Shown: positions 49,380-59,730, numbered from the stretch's first letter. The stretch: 64,000 nt of DNA from an uncultured Gemmatimonadaceae bacterium (GCA_963822945.1 CAWGJO010000026.1:64001-128000), one strand, 5' to 3'. The notes: a model not told the origin generated them from the sequence alone. A program made the numbers and translations.

Positions 49380-52300
49380 ATGTTGAATCGCATCATCAGC
49401 TGGTCGATCCGGAATCCCTTCCTGGTGATCCTGGCGACGCTGGCGGCCGGTCTGTTCGGCTACTGGGCCATGACGCGCACCCCGCTCGACGCGCTCCCCG
49501 ACCTGAGCGACGTGCAGGTGATCGTGCAGGCCGACTATGAGGGCCAGGCGCCGCGCATCGTCGAGGACCAGGTCACGTATCCCGTCGCCGCCGAGATGCT
49601 CAAGGTGCCCGGCGCCAAGACGGTGCGCGGGTATTCGTTCTTCGGCGTGTCGTTCGTGTACGTGATCTTCGACGACGGCACGGACCTCTACTGGGCGCGT
49701 TCGCGGGTGCTCGAATACCTCAGCGGCATCAAGGCCAAGCTGCCCGCCACCGTGACCCCGGTGCTCGGGCCGGACGCCACCGGTCTGGGGTGGGTATACC
49801 AGTACGCGCTGGAGGACACCAGCGGCCGGATGTCGATTGCCGACCTCCGGAGCCTGCAGGACTGGAACATCCGCTACGCGCTCACCGGCGTGCCCGGCGT
49901 GTCCGAGGTCGCCTCGGTGGGCGGGTTCGAGAAGCAGTACCAGGTGGACGTCGACCCCGCCAAGCTGCTCGCCTACGGCATTCCGATCACGCGTGTGATG
50001 ACGGCCATCCGCAACGCCAACAGCGACGTCGGCGCGATGGTGATGGAGTTGTCGGAGCGCGAGAACATGGTGCGCGGTCTGGGCTATCTCAGATCCGTGG
50101 CCGACATCGAGAACGTGGACGTCGGCGCCACGGCCAGCGGCACGCCGATCACGGTGCGCGACGTGGCACACGTGACCGTGGGACCGGCCGTCCGCCGCGG
50201 CATCGCCGATCTCGACGGCCGCGGCGACGCCGTGGGCGGCATCGTGATCATGCGGTTCGGGCAGAACGCGCTGGCCACGATCCACGCCGTCAAGCAGCGG
50301 TTGGCCGAGGTGGCCAGGTCGCTCCCGCACGGTGTCGTGGTGGTGCCGGTGTACGATCGCAGCGGGCTCATCGAACGCGCCATCGAGACGTTGCGCGGCA
50401 AGCTGCTCGAGGAATCGCTGATCGTCGCGCTCGTCTGTGTGCTCTTCCTCCTGCACGCGCGATCCGCGGCCGTGGCGATCGTCACCCTCGTCGAGGGCAT
50501 CCTGCTCGGCTTCATCGCCATGCGGTGGGCCGGCGTGGGCGCCGACATCATGAGCCTGGGAGGCATCGCCATCAACATCGGGGCGATGATCGATGCCGCC
50601 ATCGTGATGATCGAGAACATGCACAAGCATCTGGAACGCGCCGCACCGGCGGGCGGCGAGGGCGATTCCGGACGGTTCGACACCCGGTCGCTCACCAGGG
50701 CGCAACGCTGGCAGATCGCGCTCGACGCGTCCAGGGAAGTGGGGCCGGCACTCTTCTTCTCGCTCCTCATCATGACCGTGTCGTTCCTGCCGGTGTTCAG
50801 CCTGCAGGGCGAGGAGGGCCGGCTGTTCACGCCGCTCGCCTTCACCAAGACGTTCACGATGGCCGCGGCCAGCCTGCTCTCGGTGACGCTCGTGCCGGTG
50901 GCCATGGCGCTGTTCATTCGCGGACGCATCCACCGTGAGCGGGCCAATCCGATCAACCGCTGGTTGATCCGTCTCTACCGCCCGGTCATCGACGGCGTGC
51001 TCCGCCACCGCCTCGCCGTGGTCACCGCTGCCGTCGCCATCCTCGTGCTCACGTGGGTACCCTGGTCGCGCATGGGCAGCGAGTTCATGCCGCCGCTCTA
51101 TGAGGGCTCGCTGCTGTTCATGCCCACCACCACGCCCGGCATCAGCGTGGCGCGGGCCCGCGAGATGCTTCAGGTCCAGGACTCGATCTTCAAGAGCTTC
51201 CCCGAGGTGGAGCACGTGTTCGGCAAGGCGGGACGCGCCAACACGGCCACCGATCCGGCCGGCCTCGACATGAGCGAGACCACGATTACCCTGAAGCCTG
51301 AATCCGAATGGCCCGCGGGGATGACCCACGACAAGCTCGTCGCCGCCATGGATTCGGCCGTCCGGACGCCCGGCATCATCAACTCGTGGACCATGCCCAT
51401 CAAGGGCCGCATGGACATGTTGGCCACGGGCATTCGCACGCCGGTGGGGGTCAAGATCTTCGGGCCCGACCTCGATACCCTGCAGCGCATCGGGCACGAC
51501 GTGGAGCGGGCGGCCCAGACCGTGCCCGGCACGCGCAGTGCCTTCGCCGAGCGGGTGGTGTCCGGCTACTACGTGGACATCAGCATCGATCGCGAGGCGG
51601 CGGCCCGGCACGGCCTCAACATCGGCGACGTGCAGAGCGTCATCTCGGCGGCCATCGGCGGCATGGCGGTGACGCAGACGGTAGAGGGGAGGGAACGCTA
51701 CGCCGTGCGCGTTCGCTATCCGCAGGAACTGCGCGACACGCCGGAACGTCTGGCCCAGGTGCTCGTCCCGATGGCGCATCAGGCCAGCCGTCCGCCGGGA
51801 ATGACCGCCGCCTCGATGGCGATGCCGTCGTCCGGCGCCGGTCCCCTGCCCACGATGGCCGGGCGCGTGGGCCAGGTCCCCCTCGGCGAGGTCGCCACGA
51901 TTCGACAGGAAACGGGGCCCATGGTGGTGCGCACCGAGAACGCGACGCCCACGGCGTGGGTGTACATCGACGTCGCCGGTCGCGACCTCGGAAGCTACGT
52001 GGCCGACGCCCAGCGCGTCGTCGAACGGCAGGTTGCACTGCCCACGGGGTACCGGGTCGAGTGGAGCGGGGAGTACGAGTACATGCAACGGGCCAAGGCG
52101 CGCATGACGATCGTCGTGCCGGCCACGCTGGCCATCATCTTCCTGCTGCTATTCCTCAACTTCCGCACGGTGGGCGACACGCTGCTCGTGATGGTGTCGC
52201 TGCCCTTCGCCCTCGTGGGCGGCCTCTGGTTCGTGTGGTGGCTGGGTTACAACTGGTCGGTGGCGGTCGCCATCGGGTTCATCGCGCTGGCCGGTGTGGC

Positions 52301-52679
52301 GGCCGAAACCGGCGTGGTGATGCTCATCTACCTCAACCAGGCGTGGGCGGGGAAAACCGCGCAGGGCGCGTCGCCCACCGTGGGCGACCTGTACGCCGCC
52401 GTGATCGAGGGCGCGGTGGACCGCGTGCGGCCGAAGATGATGACCGTGGTCGCGATCATGGCTGGTCTGCTGCCGATTCTGTGGGGCAACGGAACGGGGG
52501 CCAGCGTGATGAAGCGCATCGCGGCCCCGATGGTCGGCGGCATGGTGTCGAGCACCGTGCTCACCCTGGTGGTGATTCCCGCCCTGTATTCCTGGTGGAA
52601 GGAGTGGGGCCTGCGGGAGCCCGTCCCACGACTGGTGCCGGCGCCGGTCTCCCCTTCGGTCCGGCCTGGCGCCGGGTGA
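49380..52679 (+). CDS. cusA: CusA family heavy-metal (Cu(I)/Ag(I)) RND efflux pump
   Basis: LDALPDLSDVQVI, VEDQVTYP, LGPDATGLGW, GAMIDAAIVMIEN, FTPLAFTKT, RVRPKMMT; Met triad contexts LLFMPT, LDMSET, MDMLATG. Confidence 0.95.
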   Translation: MLNRIISWSIRNPFLVILATLAAGLFGYWAMTRTPLDALPDLSDVQVIVQADYEGQAPRIVEDQVTYPVAAEMLKVPGAKTVRGYSFFGVSFVYVIFDDGTDLYWARSRVLEYLSGIKAKLPATVTPVLGPDATGLGWVYQYALEDTSGRMSIADLRSLQDWNIRYALTGVPGVSEVASVGGFEKQYQVDVDPAKLLAYGIPITRVMTAIRNANSDVGAMVMELSERENMVRGLGYLRSVADIENVDVGATASGTPITVRDVAHVTVGPAVRRGIADLDGRGDAVGGIVIMRFGQNALATIHAVKQRLAEVARSLPHGVVVVPVYDRSGLIERAIETLRGKLLEESLIVALVCVLFLLHARSAAVAIVTLVEGILLGFIAMRWAGVGADIMSLGGIAINIGAMIDAAIVMIENMHKHLERAAPAGGEGDSGRFDTRSLTRAQRWQIALDASREVGPALFFSLLIMTVSFLPVFSLQGEEGRLFTPLAFTKTFTMAAASLLSVTLVPVAMALFIRGRIHRERANPINRWLIRLYRPVIDGVLRHRLAVVTAAVAILVLTWVPWSRMGSEFMPPLYEGSLLFMPTTTPGISVARAREMLQVQDSIFKSFPEVEHVFGKAGRANTATDPAGLDMSETTITLKPESEWPAGMTHDKLVAAMDSAVRTPGIINSWTMPIKGRMDMLATGIRTPVGVKIFGPDLDTLQRIGHDVERAAQTVPGTRSAFAERVVSGYYVDISIDREAAARHGLNIGDVQSVISAAIGGMAVTQTVEGRERYAVRVRYPQELRDTPERLAQVLVPMAHQASRPPGMTAASMAMPSSGAGPLPTMAGRVGQVPLGEVATIRQETGPMVVRTENATPTAWVYIDVAGRDLGSYVADAQRVVERQVALPTGYRVEWSGEYEYMQRAKARMTIVVPATLAIIFLLLFLNFRTVGDTLLVMVSLPFALVGGLWFVWWLGYNWSVAVAIGFIALAGVAAETGVVMLIYLNQAWAGKTAQGASPTVGDLYAAVIEGAVDRVRPKMMTVVAIMAGLLPILWGNGTGASVMKRIAAPMVGGMVSSTVLTLVVIPALYSWWKEWGLREPVPRLVPAPVSPSVRPGAG

Positions 52680-52764
52680 CAGGTGCATGATAGACATTAT
52701 CGGTTGCTTCCGTCATGAACTGCTCGAGGGTGTATTGTCCGAATCCGATCCTGATCTGAAATCG

Positions 52765-54300
52765 ATGCCGGCGCGGTCCGGCGGGCCGTGGTCGTCGCCC
52801 GCCGCCGACCGGTACCGCGAGATCTACGAAGCCGTGGCGTTGCCGGTGTTGGTGATCGACGCGGAGAGTTGGCAGATCCTCGCCGTCAACGAGGCGGCGG
52901 TGAAACAGTACGGCTACCCGCGCGAGGACTTCGTCGGGCTGTCCGTGCTCGATGTGCGTCCGCCCGACGGCCAGGCTGAGGCGCGGCGCGTGTTGTCGGA
53001 GATGCCGCACGGGTTCTGGAAGGCCACTGCCGTCAGCCACCAGCGCAAGGACGGATCGATCTTCCGGGTCGACGTGTGGTCGCGCGACACGGTCATCGAC
53101 GGGCGGGCCGTGCGCATCTCCACCATCAGCGACGTCACCGAGCGCGTGCAGCTGCAGCACGAGTTGCAGCAGGCGCAGAAGATGGAGGCGGTGGGCCGCC
53201 TGGCCGGCGGCATCGCCCACGACTTCAACAACGTGCTGACGTCGATCATCGGCGGAGCCGAGCTCCTGATGGAGCACCTGCGGGACGACGCCGCGGGGCG
53301 CGACGAGGTCGCGGCTATCCGTCGCGCGGCCGACCGGGCGGCGTCCCTCACTCGCCAGCTCCTGGCCTTCAGCCGCCAGCAGGTGATGGCCGTCGAGGTC
53401 GTGCCGCTCAACGATGTCGTCGTGCGAACCGAAGCCCTGTTGCGCCATACGATCGGCGAGCACATCGAACTCCGCACGGAACTGGCGGACGACGCCTGGC
53501 CGGTGCGCGCCGACGCGTCGCAACTGGAACAGGTGCTGATGAACCTCGCGGTGAACGCGCGCGACGCGATGCCGGGCGGCGGCATGCTGGTGCTGGCCAC
53601 CCGCAACGTTTCACTCCCGAAGGGCGTCACTCCCGCCGGGTTGAGCATCCCCGCCGGCGACTATGCGGAGCTGACGGTCCGCGACACCGGCGTCGGGATG
53701 GACGCCATCACCCGGGCGCACGTGTTCGAGCCCTTCTTCACCACCAAGCCGGCGCCCCAGGGCACGGGGTTGGGGCTGTCGATGGCCTACGGCATCATCC
53801 GCCAGAGCAACGGATTCATCACGGTCGACTCCACCCTGGGCGAGGGCACCTCGCTTCGGATCCTCCTGCCACGCGCCGGCCGCGGCAAGAGCCTCGCGGC
53901 CCCGGCCCCCGGCGCCGCGGCGGCAGGCAGCCAACGGACGGTGCTCGTCGTCGAGGACGAGGACGCGGTACGGCGCATCACCTGCCGCGTACTCGAACGC
54001 CTCGGCTACGGCGTGCTCTCGGCCGCCGACGGCCAGGAGGCGCTGGCGCTCGTCGAGGACTCGCGGCCCGGACTCCAACTGCTCGTGACCGATCTCATCA
54101 TGCCGCACATGAGCGGCCGTGAACTCGCCACGCAGCTCGTCGCGGCCTATCCCGAATTGCGCGTCCTGTTCGTGTCGGGTTACACTGACGAGGCCGTGGG
54201 GCATCTCGGCATGCTGGAGCAGGGCAAGGCGTTCCTGCAGAAACCCTTCTCGGTCGAATCGCTGGGCGACGCCGTACGCCGCGTGCTCGGCGACGCCTGA
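52765..54300 (+). CDS. Cytoplasmic hybrid sensor kinase (PAS-HisKA-HATPase-REC)
   Basis: [51 protein letters not shown]...TDLIMP; start may instead be TTG 52735 or ATG 52687. Confidence 0.9.
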   Translation: MPARSGGPWSSPAADRYREIYEAVALPVLVIDAESWQILAVNEAAVKQYGYPREDFVGLSVLDVRPPDGQAEARRVLSEMPHGFWKATAVSHQRKDGSIFRVDVWSRDTVIDGRAVRISTISDVTERVQLQHELQQAQKMEAVGRLAGGIAHDFNNVLTSIIGGAELLMEHLRDDAAGRDEVAAIRRAADRAASLTRQLLAFSRQQVMAVEVVPLNDVVVRTEALLRHTIGEHIELRTELADDAWPVRADASQLEQVLMNLAVNARDAMPGGGMLVLATRNVSLPKGVTPAGLSIPAGDYAELTVRDTGVGMDAITRAHVFEPFFTTKPAPQGTGLGLSMAYGIIRQSNGFITVDSTLGEGTSLRILLPRAGRGKSLAAPAPGAAAAGSQRTVLVVEDEDAVRRITCRVLERLGYGVLSAADGQEALALVEDSRPGLQLLVTDLIMPHMSGRELATQLVAAYPELRVLFVSGYTDEAVGHLGMLEQGKAFLQKPFSVESLGDAVRRVLGDA

Positions 54301-54336
54301 TCGCCCCACACCGCACGCCCTCACCGTCTCACACCC

Positions 54337-56394
54337 ATGCCCTCTCGTCGCGACTTCCTCTCCCGCAGCGCCACCCTGGGACTCGGCGCCGCGTTCAGCG
54401 CCCCCTGGCTGCAGCGCGTGCTCTCCTGGAACGCGCTCGCCCACACCGACGCGGGCGCCGATGGCCTGCACGCCTCGGCCACGCTCGCCGCCAACGACCT
54501 CACGCTCGGCAACAGCGCCATCAGCGGTCGCTGGCACGTGGCTGACGGGAAGCTCCGCGCCGTGCGGTTCGACGATCGGGTGAACCATCGCACCTTCACG
54601 CCGCCGGCGGCGGTGTTCGCGCTGGCGATGGCCGACGGCACCATGCTCACGGCGGACGCGATGACCGTCGTCGGCGCGCCGAAGGTGGAGTCGGTGCCCG
54701 CGAACGCCGGCGCGTCTCGGTATGCCGAGCGCGTGGGCGGACGCCGCGTCGTCGTGGTGCTGCGCGATGCCTCCGGGCACCTCGAAGCCGAATGGAGCGC
54801 CGTGCTGCGCGACGGCTCGCGCTACCTGCGTCAGGAAGTCACGTTGCGTGCCCGGGGGGCCGAGGTGCCGGTGCGCGAGATTACCCTCGTGGACCTGCGG
54901 GCGCCCGGCGCCACGGTGACGGGAACGGTCAAGGGAAGTCCGGTGGTGTTCGACGACTGGTACGTGGGCTTCGAACACCCGCTGTCGCTGAGCGCCGTGG
55001 ACGGGGACCATGTCACCTGCGCGCTGCCGCGTACGCTCCCGCTGCGGCCCGATGCGCCGGTGGTCGTGTCGTCGGTCATCGGCGCCGTGCGGCCGGGCCA
55101 GCTCCGGCGCGACTTCCTGACGTACGTCGAGCGGGAACGCGCGCATCCGTACCGGACCTTCCTGCACTACAACTCGTGGTACGACATCGGCTACTTCTCC
55201 AAGTACACGGAGACCGACGCGTTGGCCGTGATCGACGCGTTCGGCGAGGAGCTGCATCGGAAGCGGGGGGTGGTGCTCTCGTCGTACCTGTTCGACGACG
55301 GGTGGGACGATCCGAAGACGCTGTGGGGATTCGGGCCCGGGTTCCCGCACGGATTCACCAACCTGCGCACCGAGGCCGCCAAGTTCGGCGCCGCGCCGGG
55401 CGTCTGGCTCTCGCCGTGGGGCGGCTACGGCCAGCCCAAGCAGGACCGGCTCAAGTACGGCAAGGCGCAGGGCTTCGAGACCAACGACGGCGGGTTCGCC
55501 CTCTCCGGCCCCAAGTACTACAAGCGCTTCCACGACACCTGCGTCGAATTCATCCGCAAGTACGGCGTGAATCAGTTCAAGATCGACGGCACCGGGAACG
55601 CGTCAACGGTGATTCCCGGCAGCCGGTTCGACAGCGACTTCGACGCCGCCATCGCCCTCATCGGCGACCTGCGGCAGATCAAGCCGGATCTCTACGTGAA
55701 CCTCACCACCGGCACGTATCCGTCGCCCTTCTGGCTGCGGTATGCCGACTCGATCTGGCGCGGCGGCGAGGATCACTCCTTCGCCGGCATCGGCACCTGG
55801 CGCCAGCAGTGGATGACCTATCGCGATGCCGACACGCACCGGCACGTGGTGAAGCGCGGCGCCCTGTATCCGCTCAATTCGCTGATGCTGCACGGGCTGA
55901 TCTACGCCAAGCACGCCAACCACCTGATGGACGACCCGGGTGGCGACTTCAACGACGAGATTCGCGTGTACTTCGGCAACGGGACCCAGTTGCAGGAGAT
56001 GTACGTGACGCCGTCCAACCTCACGGCGAGCAACTGGGATACGCTCGCCGAGAGCGCCGAGTGGTCGCGTCGCAACGCCGGCACGCTGCGCGACACCCAC
56101 TGGGTGGGCGGCGACCCCGCCGAGCTCGAGCCGTACGGGTGGGCGGCCTGGGCGCCGGACAAGGCGACGCTCACCCTGCGGAACCCGAGCGACCAGTGGA
56201 AGACCATCGCCCTGGATCCGCGGCAGGCGTTCGAACTTCCGGACGGAGCCGAGGGCCGGTTCACGGTGCGCAGTCCCTGGAAGGCCGATCGCGGCCAGGT
56301 GCCGTTCGAGATCACCGCGGGACGCGAGCACGCCTTCAAGCTGGCCCCCTTCCAGGTCCTGAACCTGGACGTCGTCCCGCAACAGGGTCGCTGA
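54337..56394 (+). CDS. TAT-exported clan GH-D-like glycoside hydrolase (TieB/SenB 'enterotoxin'-like family)
   Basis: SRRDFL twin-arginine signal; RAHPYRTFLHYNSWYD, FDDGWDD, GVWLSPWGGY, FKIDG, ADSIWRGG, PLNSLMLHG. Confidence 0.7.
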   Translation: MPSRRDFLSRSATLGLGAAFSAPWLQRVLSWNALAHTDAGADGLHASATLAANDLTLGNSAISGRWHVADGKLRAVRFDDRVNHRTFTPPAAVFALAMADGTMLTADAMTVVGAPKVESVPANAGASRYAERVGGRRVVVVLRDASGHLEAEWSAVLRDGSRYLRQEVTLRARGAEVPVREITLVDLRAPGATVTGTVKGSPVVFDDWYVGFEHPLSLSAVDGDHVTCALPRTLPLRPDAPVVVSSVIGAVRPGQLRRDFLTYVERERAHPYRTFLHYNSWYDIGYFSKYTETDALAVIDAFGEELHRKRGVVLSSYLFDDGWDDPKTLWGFGPGFPHGFTNLRTEAAKFGAAPGVWLSPWGGYGQPKQDRLKYGKAQGFETNDGGFALSGPKYYKRFHDTCVEFIRKYGVNQFKIDGTGNASTVIPGSRFDSDFDAAIALIGDLRQIKPDLYVNLTTGTYPSPFWLRYADSIWRGGEDHSFAGIGTWRQQWMTYRDADTHRHVVKRGALYPLNSLMLHGLIYAKHANHLMDDPGGDFNDEIRVYFGNGTQLQEMYVTPSNLTASNWDTLAESAEWSRRNAGTLRDTHWVGGDPAELEPYGWAAWAPDKATLTLRNPSDQWKTIALDPRQAFELPDGAEGRFTVRSPWKADRGQVPFEITAGREHAFKLAPFQVLNLDVVPQQGR

Positions 56395-56473
56395 CCGGCC
56401 ACTGGCAACGGGACACTCCCCACCCCGGGTATCCGTTCGCCGTTCCCGTTCGGCGTCTGTATCTTCTCGCGTC

Positions 56474-57295
56474 ATGCCGGCACCCGCGTCCGTCACCGTC
56501 CGCCCGCTCGCGTCGCTCGATGAATTCCGGGCCGCGGTGGCGCTGCAGTTCGAGGCGTGGGGGCCGGGCCTTGCCGATCCCACATCGGCCACGATTCTCA
56601 AGATCGGTCAGAAGATCGGCGGTGTCTCGGCCGGCGCGTTCGCGCCGGACGGCACCCTCCTGGGATTCGTCTTCGGGCTCACCGGCGTGCAGCAGGGCCG
56701 GATCGTCCACTGGTCGCACATGCTCGCCGTCCGCGGCGACGCGCAGAATCTCGGCATCGGCCGGCGGCTCAAGCAGTTCCAGCACGCAGCCGTCGCGCGG
56801 CTGGGCGCCCACGTCATCTACTGGACCTACGATCCGCTGGTTGCCCGCAACGCGCACCTCAACTTCAACGTGTTCGGGGTGCGCGTGGCGGAGTACGTAC
56901 GCGACATGTACGGTGACATGGGCAGCGAGTTGAATCGCGGCATCGGCACCGATCGCTTCGTGGTGGCATGGCCCGTGGATGCCGCCGAACTGCAGGCGCG
57001 TCGCGCCGAGATCGCGGCCGTGCACGACGACCCCGACTTCCGCGCGGCGCCGGTGGTCAACGCCGACCCGGCGGGCGAACTGCAGCGCGCGCCGGCGGCC
57101 GCCGGCGCGCCCAGGCTGCGGGTGCGCATTCCCGCCGACATCGGCGTGCTGCAACGCAGCGATCTGGCGGCCGCCGCCCAGTGGCGGGCCAGCACGCGGG
57201 CTGCGTTCGAGCACGTGCTCGCGGCCGGCTACCACGCGGCCGGATTCGTCGCCGATGCGGGCGCCGGCGTGGCGCACTACCTCTTCTCACTCTGA
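56474..57295 (+). CDS. GNAT family acyltransferase (putative succinyl-CoA:D-amino acid N-succinyltransferase)
   Basis: HWSHMLAV...NLGIGRRLKQFQ, WTYDPLVARNAHLN, YVRDMYG, TDRFVVAW; upstream of NSAR/OSBS. Confidence 0.82.
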   Translation: MPAPASVTVRPLASLDEFRAAVALQFEAWGPGLADPTSATILKIGQKIGGVSAGAFAPDGTLLGFVFGLTGVQQGRIVHWSHMLAVRGDAQNLGIGRRLKQFQHAAVARLGAHVIYWTYDPLVARNAHLNFNVFGVRVAEYVRDMYGDMGSELNRGIGTDRFVVAWPVDAAELQARRAEIAAVHDDPDFRAAPVVNADPAGELQRAPAAAGAPRLRVRIPADIGVLQRSDLAAAAQWRASTRAAFEHVLAAGYHAAGFVADAGAGVAHYLFSL

Positions 57296-57314
57296 CCGGT
57301 TCAATCCCACTCCC

Positions 57315-58439
57315 GTGTTCTCCATCTCCCGCATCGTGGTCCGCGAGCTCCGACTCGCCCTCAAGGAGCCGTTCCGCATCTCGTCGGGCACGATCACCGA
57401 GCGCCGGGTGTGTCTGCTCGAGCTGCACACCGCCGACGGTATCACCGGGTGGAGCGAGTGCGTGGCCGGTGAACAGCCCAACTACAGTCCGGAGACCATC
57501 GACACGGCGTGGCATTCCATGCGCGAGTGGCTCGCGCCACGCGTGCTGGGCAAGGAGTTCGCCGGCCCCGAGCAGGTGTTCGCCGCGCTCGACCACAACG
57601 TCCGCGGACATCTCATGGCCAAGGCCGCCGTGGAGATGGGCTGCTGGGACGTCGCGGCCCGGCAGCAGGACGTACCGCTCTCGCGCCTGCTCGGCGGGAC
57701 GCGCGACCGCGTGCCCACCGGCATCTCCATCGGCATCCAACGCGCGCCGGACGCGCTGGTGGAGCGCGCCCGGCAGGCCGTGGCGCAGGGCTACCGCAAG
57801 ATCAAGATGAAGATCGAGCCCGGCGCCGACGTCGCCTTCGTGGGCGCCGTGCGCCAGGCGCTCGGCCCCGAATTGCATCTCATGGCGGACGCCAATTCCG
57901 CCTACACGCTCGCCGACGCCGACCACCTCAAGGAACTCGATCAGTTCAGGCTCATCATGATCGAGCAGCCGCTCGATCGGGAGGATCTGCTGCGGCATGC
58001 GAAGCTCCAGCGGTTGATCGAAACGCCCATCTGCCTGGACGAGTCCATCACGAGCGTCGATCGGGCCGCCGACATGATCGAGCTGCGCGCCGGCCGCATC
58101 GTCAACATCAAGCCGGGCCGGGTGGGCGGCTTCGCCGTGTCGAAGGACATCCACGACCTGTGCCAGCATCACGGGATCCCCGTCTGGTGCGGCGGCATGT
58201 TCGAGAGCGGCGTCGGCCGCGCGCACAACGTGGCGCTCGCCTCGCTGCCCAACTTCTCGCTGCCGGGCGACGTGTCGCCCAGCGCCCGGTACTGGGAACG
58301 GGACATCGTGGCGCCGGAGTGGACGATGGACGCCGAGGGCATGGTGCACGTGCCGCTGGCCAATCCCGGCTTCGGAGTCACGGTGGACACGGACCGTGTG
58401 GACGACCTCACCGTGAAGCGGGAAGTGTTCAGCGCATGA
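57315..58439 (+). CDS. menC: o-succinylbenzoate synthase / N-succinylamino acid racemase (NSAR/OSBS subfamily, enolase superfamily)
   Basis: GTG start; PFRISSG, PNYSPET, KIKMKI, ADANSAY, IEQPL, CLDESI, NIKPGRVGG, WCGGMFESG, PGDVSPSARYW. Confidence 0.9.
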   Translation: MFSISRIVVRELRLALKEPFRISSGTITERRVCLLELHTADGITGWSECVAGEQPNYSPETIDTAWHSMREWLAPRVLGKEFAGPEQVFAALDHNVRGHLMAKAAVEMGCWDVAARQQDVPLSRLLGGTRDRVPTGISIGIQRAPDALVERARQAVAQGYRKIKMKIEPGADVAFVGAVRQALGPELHLMADANSAYTLADADHLKELDQFRLIMIEQPLDREDLLRHAKLQRLIETPICLDESITSVDRAADMIELRAGRIVNIKPGRVGGFAVSKDIHDLCQHHGIPVWCGGMFESGVGRAHNVALASLPNFSLPGDVSPSARYWERDIVAPEWTMDAEGMVHVPLANPGFGVTVDTDRVDDLTVKREVFSA

Positions 58440-59638
58440 ACGTCCGTCTCGCGCTGCCCGACGGGGTGGCCTCGCGGTTCACCGCCGCCCAGATCGAACG
58501 GCTCGTCGCGCTGCGGCGCGAACTGCATGCCCATCCGGAACTGTCGCAGCACGAGCGCGAAACCGCGCGCCGGCTCGCCGAGGCACTGTCCGCCATCCCC
58601 GGCGTCGAGGTCCGGCGGGTGGGGGACACCGGACTCGTCGCCCGTATTCCGGGCCGCGACCGGCGCGCGCCCGTGGTGGCCGTCCGCGGCGACATCGACG
58701 CCCTGCCGATCACGGAGGAGACCGGACTGCCGTTCGCTTCCACGCGCGACGGGGTGATGCACGCCTGCGGCCACGACGTGCATGCCACGTGGGCCGTGGG
58801 CGCGGCGCACCTGCTGGCCTCCGATCCGGCGGACGGCGACGTGCTCGTGGTGCTGCAACCCGCCGAAGAGATCGGCAAGGGCGCCCTCGCGATTCTCGAG
58901 AGCGGAGCGCTCGACGGCGTGGCGTGCATCTTCGGTGGCCACGTCGATCGCCGCTTCGAGGTGGGCCAGGCCGTGGCCGATGAGGGTCCGCTTGCAGCGT
59001 CGGCCGATATGTTCACGATCGAACTCGTGGGGCAGGGGGCGCACGCGGCGCGCCCCCACGAATCGGCCGATCCGATCGTCGGCGCGGCGGCCGTCGTCAC
59101 CGCGCTCCAGACGATCGTCTCCCGCCGTCTCAATCCCGCCACGCCGGGCGTGGTGACCATCGGCATGGTGCAGGCCGGCACCGCGCCCAACGTGATCCCG
59201 GATCGCGCTCTGCTGCGCGGCACCGTGCGCGCTGTGGAGGCCCAATCGCGCCGATTCATGCTCGACGAGGTGCGGCGCCTGGCCGAGTCGATCGCGTCGG
59301 CCCACCGGCTCACCGCCCGTGTGGAGCTGGAACTGGGCACGCCGCCACTCGTCAATCCCCCGCGGGGAGCGGCCTGGGCGCACGCCGCCGCCGCGGAGGT
59401 ACTCGGCGAGGCGAACGTGGTGCCGCTCGGCTTCCTCAACCTCGGCGGCGAGGACTTTGCCTTCTACCTGGAACGCATGAACGGATGCTTCCTCCGGATC
59501 GGCGCGCGGGAACCCGGTGGGCCGATGACCGCCGCGCACTCGCCCGGCTTCGTACCGGCCGAGGAGAGCATCTTCTGCGGGGCCGCCGTTCTGGCCGAGT
59601 GCGCGCGCCGGGCGTCCGGTGACTTGCGTCACGGGTGA
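58436..59638 (+). CDS. M20D family amidohydrolase (putative desuccinylase)
   Basis: RRELHAHPELS, RGDIDALPI, MHACGHDVH, QPAEE, GAHAARPH, GGEDFAFY, AHSP; ATGA overlap with menC. Confidence 0.9.
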   Translation: MNVRLALPDGVASRFTAAQIERLVALRRELHAHPELSQHERETARRLAEALSAIPGVEVRRVGDTGLVARIPGRDRRAPVVAVRGDIDALPITEETGLPFASTRDGVMHACGHDVHATWAVGAAHLLASDPADGDVLVVLQPAEEIGKGALAILESGALDGVACIFGGHVDRRFEVGQAVADEGPLAASADMFTIELVGQGAHAARPHESADPIVGAAAVVTALQTIVSRRLNPATPGVVTIGMVQAGTAPNVIPDRALLRGTVRAVEAQSRRFMLDEVRRLAESIASAHRLTARVELELGTPPLVNPPRGAAWAHAAAAEVLGEANVVPLGFLNLGGEDFAFYLERMNGCFLRIGAREPGGPMTAAHSPGFVPAEESIFCGAAVLAECARRASGDLRHG

Positions 59639-59730
59639 CCGCGGCGTCGAACTTGCGGGTCAGGATTGCGCGATCTCGCTCTCTCCATGCGATATTTCGA
59701 GGACTGTCCGATCTTTTTCCGGGACCATTG

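Noticed and set aside
56415..56434. C-tract/GGGTAT resembling a CsoR operator
   Set aside because: Not palindromic and not upstream of a copper gene
59703..59710. Single CTGTCCGA unit
   Set aside because: One 8-mer is expected by chance in 64 kb; not tandem
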